Below are positions 1 through 13,850 of a stretch of 64,000 bases of DNA, piece after piece (positions within the stretch are counted from its first letter, which is position 1; each line of letters begins with the position of its first letter). Below the pieces are notes generated by a model that was not told where the DNA came from, did no database searches, and was given only the letters and a program-made list of their open reading frames with translations. This DNA is from Eledone cirrhosa (lineage: Eukaryota), in contig OZ024747.1 in NCBI GenBank assembly GCA_964016885.1, positions 44,888,001 to 44,952,000 of the forward strand, in the 5' to 3' direction. The translations under genes and the position numbers were made by a program.

Positions 1-291
1 TCCACAAAATGGTGAATTTTCAGGGTTTTTTTTTCAATTGTATTTGTTGTTATATTTTTGCAAAGGGTCATAAGACTTCTGTATTTGCTCTGAGTAGGGG
101 AGACATTATAATGTTTGGGCCGAAAGGCCTAAACATTATAATGAACTTATATTTGAACTTTATATATTTTTCCCATTAAAAAAAAAAGAAATGGACGAGT
201 TAGCCCCACTTACCTAAAAAAACAAACAAACATTACATCTACCATCTCGTGATAGCAACTTAAAAGTTGAGAAGACACAACAGGCACAATT

Positions 292-533
292 ATGGACACA
301 CAAAAACTAATTACAAACAGAGCATGCAACAATGAGATTAGCAACACCAACAACATGAACAACAGCAACAACAAAACAGCTAAAGAGAACAATGGCAACA
401 ACAACTCCAACAGCAACAACATAATTAAAAACAACAACACCAACTGCAACAACAACAATTACAACACCAACAACAAGAGCAACTTGAAGAAGAATGAAAG
501 CAGCAACGACAACAACAACATCACCAACAACAA
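292..533 (+). repeat. Degenerate (AAC)n low-complexity tract
   Basis: Runs of aac/caa that give Asn-rich or Thr-rich translations. Confidence 0.85.
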
Positions 534-626
534 TACCCTCTCTCCTCCTTTCTGTACATATTGACCCCCAAGCCTTTACCGTGATGTGGAAGGCTGTGCC
601 GGCATATGTGGACGACATCACCGCTG
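494..626 (+). CDS. Candidate coding exon 1 of an unidentified gene (start codon uncertain)
   Basis: Frame MKAATTTTTSPTTIPSLLLSVHIDPQAFTVMWKAVPAYVDDITA runs into the minisatellite; the first GT in the array (627) is phase-compatible with the AG at 5450-5451. Confidence 0.3.
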
Positions 627-3600
627 GTATATGTGGACAACATCACCGCTGGTATATGTGGACAACATCACCGCTGGTATATGTGGACAACATCACTGCT
701 GGTATATGTGGACAACATCACTGCCGGTATATGTGGACAACATCACTGCTGGTATATGTGGACAACATCACTGCTGGTATATGTGGACAACATCACTGTT
801 GGTATATGTGGACAAAATCACTGCCGGTATATGTGGACAACATCACTGTTGGTATATGTGGACAACATCACCGCTGGTATATGTGGACAACATCACTGCT
901 GGTATATGTGGACAACATCACTGCCGGTATATGTGGACAACATCACTGCTGGTATATGTGGACAACATCACCGCTGGTATATGTGGACAACATCACTGCT
1001 GGTATATGTGGACAACATCACTGCCGGTATATGTGGACAACATCACTGTTGGTATATGTGGACAACATCACCGCTGGTATATGTGGACAACATCACTGCT
1101 GGCATATGTGGACGACATCACCGCTGGTATATGTGGACAACACCACTGTTGGTATATGTGGACAACATCAGTGCTGGCATATGTGGACGACATCACCGCT
1201 GGTATATGTGGACAACACCACTGTTGGTATATGTGGACAACATCACTGCTGGCATATGTGGACGACATCACCGCTGGTATATGTGGACAACATCACTGCT
1301 GGTATATGTGGACAACATCACTGTGGTATATGTGGACAACATCACCGCTGGTATATGTGGACGACATCACCGCTGGTATATGTGGACGACATCACCGCTG
1401 GTATATGTGGACAACATCACTGCTGGTATATGTGGACAACATCACCGCTGGTATATGTGGACAACATCACTGCTGGCATATGTGGACAACATCACCGCTG
1501 GTATATCTGGACAACATCACCGCTGGTATATGTGGACAACATCACTGCTGGTATATGTGGACAACATCACCGCTGGTATATGTGGACAACATCACCGCTG
1601 GTATATCTGGACAACATCACTGCTGGTATATGTGGACAACATCACCGCTGGCATATGTGGACAACATCACCGCCGGCATATGTGGACAACATCACCGCTG
1701 GTATATGTGGACAACATCACTGCCGGTATATGTGGACAACATCACCGCTGGCATATGTGGACAACATTACCGCTGGTATATGTGGACAACATCACTGCCG
1801 GTATATGTGGACAACATCACCGCTGGCATATGTGGACAACATCACTGCTGGTATATGTGGACAACATCACTGTTGGTATATGTGGACCACATCACCGCTG
1901 GTATATGTGGACAACATCACCGCTGGTATATGTGGACAACATCACCGCTGGCATATGTGGACAACATCACTGCTGGTATATGTGGACAACATCACTGCCG
2001 GTATATGTGGACAACATCACCGCTGGTATATGTGGACAACATCACCGCTGGCATATGTGGACAACATCACTGCTGGTATATGTGGACAACACCACTGTTG
2101 GTATATGTGGACAACATCATCGCTGGTATATGTGGACAACATCACCACTGGCATATGTGGACAACATCACCGCTGGTATATGTGGACGACATCACCGCTG
2201 GTATATGTGGACAATATCACCGCTGGCATATGTGGACAACATCACTGCTGGTATATGTGGACAACATCACCGCTGGTATATGTGGTCAACATTACTGCTG
2301 GTATATGTGGACAACATCACCGCCAGCATATGTGGACAACATCACCGATGGTATATGTGGACAACATCACTACTGGTATATGTGGACAACATCACCGCTG
2401 GTATATGTGGACAACATCACTGCTGGTATATGTGGACAACATCACTGCTGGCATATGTGGACAACATCACCGCTGGTATATGTGGACGACATCACCGCTG
2501 GTATATGTGGACAATATCACCGCTGGCATATGTGGACAACATCACTGCTGGTATATGTGGACAACATCACCGCTGGTATATGTGGTCAACATTACTGCTG
2601 GTATATGTGGACAATATCACTGCCGGCATTTGTGGACAACATCACTGCTGGTATATGTGGACAACATCACTGCTGTTATATGTGGACAACATCACCGCTG
2701 GTATATGTAGACAACATCACTGCTGGTATATGTGGACAATATCACTGCTGGTATATGTGGACAACATCACTGCTGGTATATGTGGACAACATCACTGCCG
2801 GTATATGTGGACAACATCACCACTGGTATATGTGGACAACATCACCGCTGGTATATGTGGACAACATCACTGCTGGTATATGTGGACAACATCACTGCTG
2901 GTATATGTGGACAATATCACTGCTGGTATATGTGGACAACATCACTGCTGGTATATGTGGACAACATCACTGCTGGCATATGTGGACGACATCACCGCTG
3001 GCATATGTGGACAACATCACTGCTGGTATATGTGGACAACATCACTGCTGGTATATGTGGACAATATCACTGCCGGCATATGTGGACAACATCACTGTTG
3101 GTATATGTGGACAACATCACCGCTGGTATATGTGGACAACATCACCGCTGGTATATGTGGACAACATCACTGCTGGTATATATGGACAACATCACCGCTG
3201 GTATATGTGGACAACATCACTGCTGGTATATGTGGACAACATCACCGCTGGCATATGTGGACAACATCACTGCTGGTATATGTAGACAATATCACTGCTG
3301 GTATATGTGGACCACATCACCGCCAGCATATGTGGACAACATCACTGCTGGTATATGTGGACAACATCACTGCTGGTATATGTGGACAACATCACCGCTG
3401 GTATATGTGGACAACATCACTGCTGGTATATGTAGACAACATTACTGCCTGCATATGTGGACAACATCACTGCTGGTATATGTGGACAACATCACTGCTG
3501 GTATATGTGGACAACATCACTGCTGTTATATGTGGACAACATCACCGCTGGTATATGTAGACAACATCACTGCCGGTATATGTGGACAATATCACTGCTG

Positions 3601-5472
3601 GTATATGTGGACAACATCACTGCTGGTATATGTGGACAACATCACTGCCGGTATATGTGGACAACATCACCACTGGTATATGTGGACAACATCACCGCTG
3701 GTATATGTGGACAACATCACTGCTGGTATATGTGGACAACATCACTGCTGGTATGTGTGGACAATATCACTGCTGGTATATGTGGACAACATCACTGCTG
3801 GTATATGTGGACAACATCACTGCCGGCATATGTGGACGACATCACCGCTGGCATATGTGGACAACATCACTGCTGGTATATGTGGACAACATCACCGCTG
3901 GTATATGTGGACAACATCACTGCTGGTATATGTAGACAATATCACTGCTGGTATATGTGGACCACATCACCGCCAGCATATGTGGACGACATCACCGCTG
4001 GTATATGTGGACAACATCACTGCTGGTATATGTGGACAACATCACCGCTGGTATATGTGGACAACATCACTGCTGGTATATGTGGACAACATCACTGCTG
4101 GTATATGTGGACAACATCACCGCTGGTATATGTGGACAACATCACTGCTGGTATATGTGGACAACATCACCGCTGGTATATGTGGACAACATCACTGCTG
4201 GTATATGTGGACAACATCACCGCTGGTATATGTGGACAACATCACTGCTGGTATATGTGGACAACATCACTGCTGGTATATGTCGACAACATCACCGCTG
4301 GTATATGTGGACAACATCACTGCTGGTATATGTGGACAACATCACTGCTGGTATATGTGGACAACATCACCGCTGGTATATGTGGACAACATCACTGCTG
4401 GTATATGTGGACAACATCACTGCTGGTATATGTGGACAACATCACTGCTGATATATGTGGACAACATCACCGCTGGTATATGTGGACAACATCACTGCTG
4501 ATATATGTGGACAACATCACTGTTGGTATATGTGGACAACATCACCGCTGGCATATGTGGACAACATCACTGCTGGTATATGTAGACAATATCACTGCTG
4601 GTATATGTGGACAACATCACTGCTGATATATGTGGACAACATCACTGCTGGTATATGTGGACAACATCACTGCTGGTATATGTGGACAACATCACTGCTG
4701 GTATATGTGGACAACATCACCGCTGGTATATGTGGACAACATCACTGCTGGTATATGTGGACAACATCACTGCTGGTATATGTGGACAACATCACTGCTG
4801 ATATATGTGGACAACATCACCGCTGGTATATGTGGACAACATCACTGCTGATATATGTGGACAACATCACTGCTGGTATATGTGGACAACATCACTGCTG
4901 GTATATGTGGACAACATCACTGCTGGTATATGTGGACAACATCACTGCTGGCGTATGTGGACAACATCACTGCTGGTATATGTGGACAACATCACCGCTG
5001 GTATATGTGGACAACATCACTGCTGGTATATGTAGACAATATCAGTGCTGGTATATGTGGACAACATCACTGCTGGTATATGTGGACAACATCACCGCTG
5101 GTATATGTGGACAACATTACCGCTGCTATATGTGGACAACATCACTGCTGGTATATGTGGACAATATCACCGCTGGCATATGTGGACAACATCACTGCTG
5201 GTATATGTGGACAACATCACTGCTGGTATATGTGGACAATATCACTGCTGGTATATGTAGACAATATCACTGCTGGTATATGTGGACAACATCACCGCTG
5301 GTATATGTGGACAACATCACCGCTGGTATATGTGGACAATATCACTGCTGGTATATGTAGACAACATCACTGCTGGTATATGTGGACAACATCACTGCTG
5401 GTATATGTAGACAACATCACTGCCTGCATATGTGGACAACATCACCGCCAGCATATGTGGCCAACATCACCG
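598..5472 (+). repeat. 25-bp minisatellite, about 195 copies (consensus GGTATATGTGGACAACATCACYGCT)
   Basis: Continuous 25-bp period; one 24-bp unit near 1321; point-variant units throughout. Confidence 0.99.
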
Positions 5473-5584
5473 TGATGGTGTTAAACACCTCGGAAATCGA
5501 GGTAGTCAGCACCTTCTTGAAGGAATATGAAAGGTTGATGGAAACAAGATTAGACCCTGAAATGTCAGTAAGACTTGCAGCTTG
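5452..5584 (+). CDS. Candidate coding exon 2 (AYVANITVMVLNTSEIEVVSTFLKEYERLMETRLDPEMSVRLAA-W)
   Basis: Protein-like open frame continuing the frame before the array; ends at TG|GTATGT donor (5585), followed by AT-rich and microsatellite sequence. Confidence 0.45.
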
Positions 5585-5816
5585 GTATGTGGATGTTTAC
5601 CTTAAGGCAATACAATCTTTTGTCTATACAAATAATAATCTCAAAAGATCGTGTGTGTGTGTGTGAGAGAGAGAGAGTAGTCCTCTTAGAGGCAAAGGGA
5701 GGACTCTGTGTTAAAGAAGTATTTTGTTATAAATCATTCTAGTTATTCTAGAATTTTAATTTCTTTGAAACTGTAGTTAATTCGACCTAAAATGTGTGTT
5801 TAAATATCAGCTTTAC

Positions 5817-6045
5817 TTAACCCTTTAGCATTTACATTACTCTATATTTACTACTATATTTTCATGGTAAAGGCTTTAACTCATATAATTATCTCACATA
5901 ATATCTAATCTATGAGATTTTGATATTATTTATTTTGACAACAATACCTTAACATAAGTATGAGTGGCTATTTACTGCCAGTTTGAACAGAAAGAGGTGA
6001 GAGAATTTTGGCCAGATATGGCCGGTTTAAATGTTAAAAGGTTAC
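5817..6045. mobile_element. TTAA-flanked piggyBac-type MITE
   Basis: Ends TTAACCCTTTAGCATTTA and TAAATGTTAAAAGGTTA; related copies at 13953 and about 47350. Confidence 0.65.
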
Positions 6046-7500
6046 AATGCTAGTATCGAAAATGTAGGAATCATTACAACTCTAACTAGGAAGGGTTATG
6101 TGGCAAGTGTTAAAAAATCTGTCACAAGTTTCAAATCCTGACCTATGAGCTGATTGACCAATACATTATCAGCCATGCAATCATTTTCCTCCTGTTTTCA
6201 ATCTATAGAAAACTTAAAATCTTTACAATAACTCTGCATTACACTTTTTTCATCAATTATTTGTTGAGTTATTCTACAACATTTTGTTGTTTTCTTGTTC
6301 ACTTTTGTTCTTCTATGTTTCCACATTGTCTCTAACTCTTATCTTGTTGCTGCAAAACAACAGAAATAATATTTCACCAATTTTAAATTAAAGTTACCTT
6401 TGAAATTTACTGTTTCAACATTTCAGACATAGTAAATTATTTTATTGACTGTCTGAAACAGTTATTTTTTTCTGTCTGCTTTTTTTCTTTCTTTGAAATC
6501 AAATTATTTTAATGTAGACAACTGCAAAGAACTTCTTCAGATGGAATTTCTTTGTAGTTGTCAAAAATGCAAAAAGACCTTCGTTCCTCTTTAACTAATG
6601 AGTAATTCAAATAGATTTCATTTGACTTGCGATCATGTATTGAGTGGTGTTGGAGAAAACTAGCAGAGTTGTTAGAGCATTGGGCTGAAGATCTTGCTAA
6701 TCTTTGATCTGGTCCTCTGTGCTCTGAGTTCAAATACAGCCAAAGCCAACTTTACCTTTTATCCTTGCAGAGTTGATAAATTAAAATACCGACCTATGTG
6801 GTGGTTTGGTGAAACCATTAGTTGGATTAGATACTTTGTGATATCTATTCCAACACTCTGCATTCTTAATTCTAATTCCACCTAGTGATTCAAAACCCAC
6901 CAATGGCCAATGCTAATATCCTGATCATACAAGCACAACTGATAATGAACAGCTGCAATACTTGGAAAATAATTATGGTTGTCTGCTACTGAAGTCAAAC
7001 AATGATAATGATGATGATCAAATGGAGTTGCCACTAGGATAGTGTTTGACTAAAATGATTTCTTTATTTATTTACATAACACAACATTACCAGAGTTGTA
7101 CTGTATCAAAGACCAAGTCAGTAACAATTCAGTTCACATAGCTGTAAGCAAGTATGTGCAATGGCTCTATTGCTGCAGAAATATGGGTTTATATTGAGAC
7201 TAGTTCACAGATTGTTAGGGCGGTCAATTGTGGCATCAAGTCCTCTGTATTACTTTTGCTGGATTATTTAGCCCCAGAAGGGATGAAATACAAAACCAAC
7301 TCCACTTCGGCAAGACTAAATACTGAAACTATTCTATCTATTCTGTTCTCCTACTTCACAAACTTTATTTATATATTAGTTGTCTAAACATTGATTTTCA
7401 TCATTGACTCAAAACTACCTTTATTAAAGTGTTCAAATTTAAATTCACATCTTGGATTGAAATAGATAGATAATATTAGATTACAATAGTTAAATATTTG

Positions 7501-7880
7501 TCTTCTCTTCTTCTTCTCCCACTTATTCCTGAGAGGGTCATTGGGACAGAGTCCTCAAACACTCCTTCCAACGGGTCCTGTCAGTAGCAACCGTCTCCAA
7601 CTGATCCAGCTGGATCCCCAGACATGATCAGCCATGCTCATAGATGTTATCCAGCCATCTTGCTCAGGGTCTACCCTTGGGTATCCTGCCAGTTGGTTTT
7701 TGCCTGTATAATCTACCAAGTGATTCTTTCCTGAAACATTCTAACCATATGCTTATAGTATCGGAGAAGTAGCAGCTCTACTTGGAATTACTCTCTGATC
7801 TCTGAGTTATGGACTCTATTGAGTAACCTTACTCCAGAAACCCTTTGGAGGAACCCCATTTTGGCTGCTTGTATTAGTGA
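7501..7880 (-). mobile_element. Decayed RTE-type LINE 3' fragment
   Basis: Minus strand reads KPTGRIPKGRP*ARWLDNI (RTE C-terminal motif) and ends in a GAA-rich tail. Confidence 0.65.
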
Positions 7881-8796
7881 TTAAAACATTTGACTTTTAT
7901 TACCAAGTTGAAAGTTAGTCATTTCATGAAATCCATTGGAATTCTTGATTATGTTGATAATTATAACACAAAGGTATTCTTGTTAGAAATATCGTTGCAA
8001 ACGAATTAAATTGAACCCAATATTTGACAGGTACTTTATTTTATTGGCTGTTAGAAGTTTGAAAGGAAAAATTGATTTCAACAAAATTTAGTCTATGAAT
8101 CAAATTGACAACAGCACTCACAATGTTAAGCTGAGATTCCTGCACTTAACCAAACATTGTGGAAATTCAAGGAAAACTACTTCATTTTGAAGCAATTTTT
8201 TTTTTCATTTTCTCTTCAGATTAATTGGTATTTTAAGAATCTATCTGAATATGAAACTTATAATTATTTATAGATTCTTGGATACATTTGAAAATATATA
8301 ATTTGGGGCGTTATTACATGTCGTTTTTATACAGTAATAATCACATTAATGCAATGCAACAGCATACTTCATTTTAGCACTTTTTACAGCTTACAATCTT
8401 AAATCGATTTCTAATATTGGCATGAGGCCACATATTTTGAGGGAGGGAAGAATTGTGTATGGTAAGCTTATGCATATATAATATGGGGAGTTGTAAAGCT
8501 CCAATCAACTAAGATTATTCATACAGCCAGCAGACAAAACTCCTTCTCGGAGGTGTTTTAAATCTAAAAACAACTAGCGAGGGAGATAACTCTAATGAAA
8601 TCAATTAATATTTGGGAAAAAAAAGACGATGCAGATGAGAGTGGATACTGTCTTTAAAGCCAACTAGTGAAAACAACAGGCATATTTCAGTTTTATTGGA
8701 TCTCCTCAGAGAAGCATAATCTACTTAGTTGGCAAGATTCAGAAGTGATCAATATATGTATTTTTATATATATATATATACATATACATATACATA

Positions 8797-9297
8797 CTAG
8801 CAGTGGTACCCGGCGTTTCACGGGATAAGGTATTTTGGAACCTAATCGTGGAAAAACTGCATGCCTGGACAATATGTAAAGAAAATAAACTGAATACTCT
8901 GATGGCTGGATAATCTAAGATTTTCCTCGATGAAGTAGGAAAAAGGTAGATTTTCACCTAATGCGGGCCCTAGGCCATAAAAAAGTTTGATTTTCTTTGC
9001 TCAGGGTATGAAGAAGAGACTGACTAATACATAGTTACAATTTCAAGGAAATCGGTCTGACGTAACGCCTCAAAACACCCCTAAAAAGCTGGAAAAACGA
9101 AGTTTTTCACCTAATGCTGGCCCTAGGGGATAACAAAGTTGAATTCTTTTTATGTGTATAACACTCCCTGAAATATAAGTAATACACATGTAAAGTTTGA
9201 AAAAGATCGGTTGGGTACTTCTCGGGTTTCTCACACACACACATACACACATACATACATACATCCTTCCTCAGTTTTATATATATACATATATAGA
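8797..9297 (-). mobile_element. Non-autonomous Helitron-like element
   Basis: Minus strand starts A|TCTATAT..ATAAAACTGA, has a (TATG)/(TG) tract and a subterminal hairpin CCCG-TGAAACGC-CGGG, and ends CTAG|T. Confidence 0.75.
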
Positions 9298-9761
9298 TTA
9301 AAATAACAGATTAAAGTTTAAGCAAAGAATCGTTGCTTTCACCCATAACGGGATCTTCTGAAACTAAAAACATGAATCTGTGAACGCAGAAGTAAATATT
9401 TCGAAAAACGTTGCAACCGAAGGAAAACAGGAAGATGATACTTTGGTTCGTGAAGACGTTCCCTGGCAATGAACGGAAAATAGCGAACATAATACGTCAT
9501 CAATATTCGTCAGAAGGTCGTAATGCAGACAGCCAAGCATACAGACAGATATTATAAGAGTGCAACGGAGATGGATAACCGGCGCCTAACACCTATTTAA
9601 CAACAGAAAATTGAAAAATAAAAGCTGCAGTTAATATCTTTAGACCATAAGGAATATATAAATGCAAGTTTGAAGTCAATCGGAGTAGAAATCTGGATTT
9701 GTATAGACTTTGCAAAAATGGGGGGACACACACTCACAGACATCAGTTTTATATATATAGA
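9298..9761 (-). mobile_element. Second Helitron-like 5' segment with no CTAG end of its own
   Basis: Minus strand starts A|TCTATATATATAAAACTGATGTCTGTGAGTGTGTG, the same 5' signature as the element starting at 9297. Confidence 0.55.
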
Positions 9762-9914
9762 TATGTGAGAAAACCCCACAAACCCTCCATCTCAATTCTA
9801 CTTTTGAAAAGCACAAGAACTGCGAAACTGGTAAAGGAACCAAATAAATATATATTTTTTTTAAAAAGACTCTAGTTGCATTTTTGATTTCATCTTTTTT
9901 CCCTATATATATAG

Positions 9915-10163
9915 AGAAATGAGATGATAGGACTGAGGTCCCTATCATTCCACTGCAAAATGGTCGTGGAGGTGCCACGGAAAAAAAGCACCCAGCCCAC
10001 ACTATAAAGTGGATGTGTAGGCGCCATGGAAAAAAAACACCCAGCACTCACTGTAAATGAGGTTGGTGTTAGGAAGGGCATCCAGCTGTAGAAATCAAGC
10101 CAGAATCAGTTCCCATCCCACCCTTGCAAGCAGGGAAAAGTGGACGTAAAATGATGATGATGA
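9915..10163 (+). mobile_element. 3' part of a SINE with an RTE-derived tail
   Basis: GGTGTTAGGAAGGGCATCCAGCTGTAGAAA core; tail CCCTTGCAAGCAGGGAAAAGTGGACGTAAAA(TGA)n matches the RTE end at 35265-35320. Confidence 0.8.
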
Positions 10164-13100
10164 TATATATATATAGAGAGAGAGAAAGAGAGAGAGAAAT
10201 GGAAGGAATGTAGTGCTATTGATTAGGAATATCAATGATTTGGCTGAGGTTGTGTACTTCAGCATACTAAATATACATACAACGAGGTGTATTGATAAAG
10301 TACAGGAATGTAAGTGGGATGCATGTCTGTGGTTCAGCTGGAAGTCAGTGTCTCAGCTGGAAGTCAGTAGCTCTGTTTGAGTACTTATTGGTCTGTGATG
10401 ATGACACATCCAACCCTTGCTAGCAAGGAAACGGATGTTAAATGATGACAACAATAATGATGATGATAATGATGATACAAGTTTATGAATTGCTAAAATA
10501 TATGGGAAAAAAGAGAATAGTTGATTGGAGAAAACCAGTCTATTATCGATACTGCAAATTATGTTATTGATCCCTAAAAGGAAAAATCAAAAGAGGCAAG
10601 ATAAACTGTTATTATGCTATTTAATTAACTGTCTGGTATCTTTATGTCTAAGAGAATAATGATTTTTTCTTTTCTTAATTAAAATACAACTAAGATTGGT
10701 AGATGGTAGAACCATAAAAGTGTTGGGTAAAATTCTGGTTAGTAATTAGTACCTTTTAGGTTTTGAGTTCAAGTGAGTTTAGCTTTTTCTCTTCAATGGG
10801 CTGAGAAAATAAAGCATTTATCAAGTACTGGGATTAATTCATATACCTATAATAGATGCTAGATATGAATGGAATTAAGCTAGAGGAAGCTGAAGAGAAA
10901 ACTTGATTGAAACTTCTTCAATGTTAAAATTTGCAAAGATAAGATGTGAAACTTCAGACAAATTATATATTAACTGGAATTTATTATAGCATTACAATGT
11001 TAAAGACAGCAAATTCAAGAAAAGGCTTGATAAATACTATAAGATTAGTGTGAGAAAACTTATAAGTAGGCTGAAAACACTGATCAAAAACAATTTGGCA
11101 ATCATGGGTTATATCTTTCCATTATAAAACAATGAATCTTTAAGTGAGTTTATAATATGTGTGTCAAAATCATTAAAAGAAATATTGTAATGTCAGCTGA
11201 AACTACAACATAATTTCAGACTTCACTAAAATCATTTCATTTCTCTTTATGTCACATTCACTCTTGGGAGAGGCATAAACATCACACAATCTCATTCCAA
11301 CCCATCTCATTCTATTAGAAACACAAGGTTCTGTATTTAGTTAAAATAGAACAAAGAAAAAACAATATTTTCTATTAATGGAAAAACAAAAACAAATAAA
11401 AAAAAAACAGAATATTTATTCTGCTAGTTTAATATCCGAAATAATAAATGAGCACCATACTTTTTTTTTTTTTTTCTCTTCATGAGGCAGTGTACATCTG
11501 TTGTTGTTGTTATCAATGATGTTGTTGTTGTTTCATCACTTTCACTGTAGAAAACATCAGACAAAGAACGAAACAAACAGAAATCCCCATCACGAATATC
11601 TGAATGAATCTGACAAAAGTTTCCGTGTTACAATATCAGTGATATGACAAAAGTTCTAAAGACGACCAAAAACAATGAATAGACACGCAAAGTGATGATA
11701 CATTTGTTTTCATAGTTTTCTATTTGAAATAAAAAATCACAGCAACCTCTCACTGAAAAAAATATTAGCTTCTAACTGTTTCTTTTTATTTTTATAAATA
11801 TAATTTTCTCATAAAATTTATTCTTTTCATATTTCTTCCCCACATCAAAAAAAAAAAAAAAAAAAAAAATCATTTAAAGGGATTCCCCTCCCCCAACAAT
11901 AGCAAACATGAAAATAAAAGAAGAACAAAAGTACAGTTGGGTGGGAGATGGAGCAGGGTTGTGCTGGTAGAAATTGTATTTTTCTATGTGTTTTCTGAAA
12001 TACAAAATACAACGAAAGTTCATCGGTGGAAATGTTAGATTTTTAGAGTCTGGGTGGCTGAGTGAATAGAACCACTGGATAACCAGCTGAGAAATTTGTT
12101 GTTTCATTGCCTGTCAAAAGAATTATGATATGGCCCTGGCCAAGATACTAAGCATTTGATGTTCAATTCCATCTGCATCTTATAAGGTGCAACAGGAAAC
12201 AGTTAGGCAGGTATGGGCATAACAAGCTGCATGTGGCCCTTTGTATATGGCACACATAATGTCATTCTTATATAAACATAGCATTTTACTAGAATTTAAT
12301 AGAATAATCTTTATGTCAGACTCTAATATAGTTTTATGATGTATGTGGTGTACACTGCTCTACATATACAAGATCTCAGATTTGAACACATTCTGTAGTT
12401 TTTTGTGCAAGTGTTGTTAGCTGAACACCGAGGTATATTAATAGGAATTATTATGGCTCCTTATACTGAAGCAAGAGCAGAGATATTAAGAAAAGAGCAA
12501 ACATGATCAAATCACTTTCTGTACATTATCATTATCATACTGGCATGGGTTGATTTAGACTTTTTGAGGCAGTAGTTTTTGTAGCCAGATCTTTTCTTGA
12601 TGTCACCCTTATGTAGTGTACTTATTTCACTAATCTTCATCCGTAGAACTGCTAAACAAAAGGACATATACAAACAGTACCTTGTATTTTTTTAAAAGCA
12701 GAGTCAATGTAAAGACAGATTCATTTTACTATTTACATCTTCAAGGGGGATGGATTGGAAGAATTGATAGAGTGTTGGATAAAATGCCATTGTAGTAATT
12801 GTTTTGGTTTTTAACTTACTGAGTTCAAATCCCACTATGGTCAAGTTTGCTTTCATTTTTAGGGTTTGATAAAATAAAATACCAGTCAAGTACTAAGGTT
12901 GATATAATTGACTTCCCCGCCTCACAAATTGCAAGCCTTGTGCCTAAATTAGAAATCAATAAGGGTAATAGATTGAAGAATAGGTAGATTGTTGGATAAA
13001 ATGTCATTCCAGTATTTGTTCTGGCTCTGAATTAAAATCCTGCCCTTTCATTCTTCTAGGGTTAATAAAATAAAGTACCAGTTAGGAACTGTGGTTGATT

Positions 13101-13208
13101 TAAGTGATTTTGCCCTTCCAATAAATTTGCTGACCTTGTTCCAAAATTAGAAATTGATATTTACACCTTTGCTACTTTTTGATTTGTTTCGTCTTTGATT
13201 ATCTTCAG

Positions 13209-13398
13209 GTGTCACGTTCTTAGATGTTTACATCGTATTGAACTAGATTCAAACTTGGGATTTACATTTCTAAACTTAATAAGCTGTATATCCTCTAAGC
13301 TGTTGACTGACATACATACAGGAATAAGATACTTGATGATTGGAGATCATATCAAAACATGGAGACCTATCAAAAGATGGTGTAGATGTAAATATTAA
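13209..13398 (+). CDS. Candidate terminal coding exon 3 (W-CHVLRCLHRIELDSNLGFTFLNLISCISSKLLTDIHTGIRYLMIGDHIKTWRPIKRWCRCKY*)
   Basis: Pyrimidine tract plus TTCAG|G acceptor; phase 2 matches the donor at 5585 (TG+G=Trp); AATAAA near 13533. Confidence 0.45.
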
Positions 13399-13665
13399 CA
13401 ACATGTTTCATCTCTAAAGACAAAACTAATAGTTCACAAAATACTGCCAACGATTCAACAATTCAATACTGAAAATAATGATGAAAACACTAAATATTGT
13501 GCCTAAGAATCCTAACTTATTCAAAGGCAATTAATAAAGCACAGAGTTTAACATTTAATGAGGATTTACTAAGCTTGTGACTAACTATGTTGCCTCAGTG
13601 TGAGTGTGTGTCAGTGAAAAACACATATACACCAGTGTGCCTAAATCAGAAACCATTATATTTAT

Positions 13666-13850
13666 GGTGGATTGGCAGTATCGGTAGAGGGTCGGACGCC
13701 ATGCTTTCCAGCATAGTTACGTCCCTTTACGATCTGAGTTCAAATCCCGCCGAGGTTGACTTTGCCTTTCATCCTTACGGGGTCAATAAAATAAAGTACC
13801 AGTAATGAACTGGGCTATTGCTAGCCTTGTGCCTAAAGTAGAAACAATTA
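13666..13850 (+). mobile_element. tRNA-derived SINE with Nin-like central domain
   Basis: A-box TGGCAGTATCGG, B-box GAGTTCAAATCC, core GCCTTTCATCCTTACGGGGTC; many other copies in the window. Confidence 0.85.

Noticed and set aside
104-143. Hammerhead suggested by GGCCGAAAGGCC
   Set aside because: No CUGANGA before it and no GAAA after it
598-5472. CRISPR array
   Set aside because: Units are head-to-tail with no unique spacers, there are no cas genes, and the context is eukaryotic
494-5475. Very long ORFs (up to 984 aa) in all three plus frames
   Set aside because: A 25-bp unit without stops cycles through the frames and gives the same peptide in each; this is a repeat artefact
5461-5560. 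Minus-strand exon reading (SNLVSINLSYSFKKVLTT..) with a TTTCAG acceptor
   Set aside because: Same codon register as the plus frame, so probably an antisense shadow; the plus model has a better donor and a phase-matched next exon. Not fully excluded
8676-8716. Minus-strand CTGAGGA..GAAATATG hammerhead candidate
   Set aside because: Stems I and II do not pair
13666-13755. tRNA gene
   Set aside because: A and B boxes only, no cloverleaf; it is the head of a multi-copy SINE
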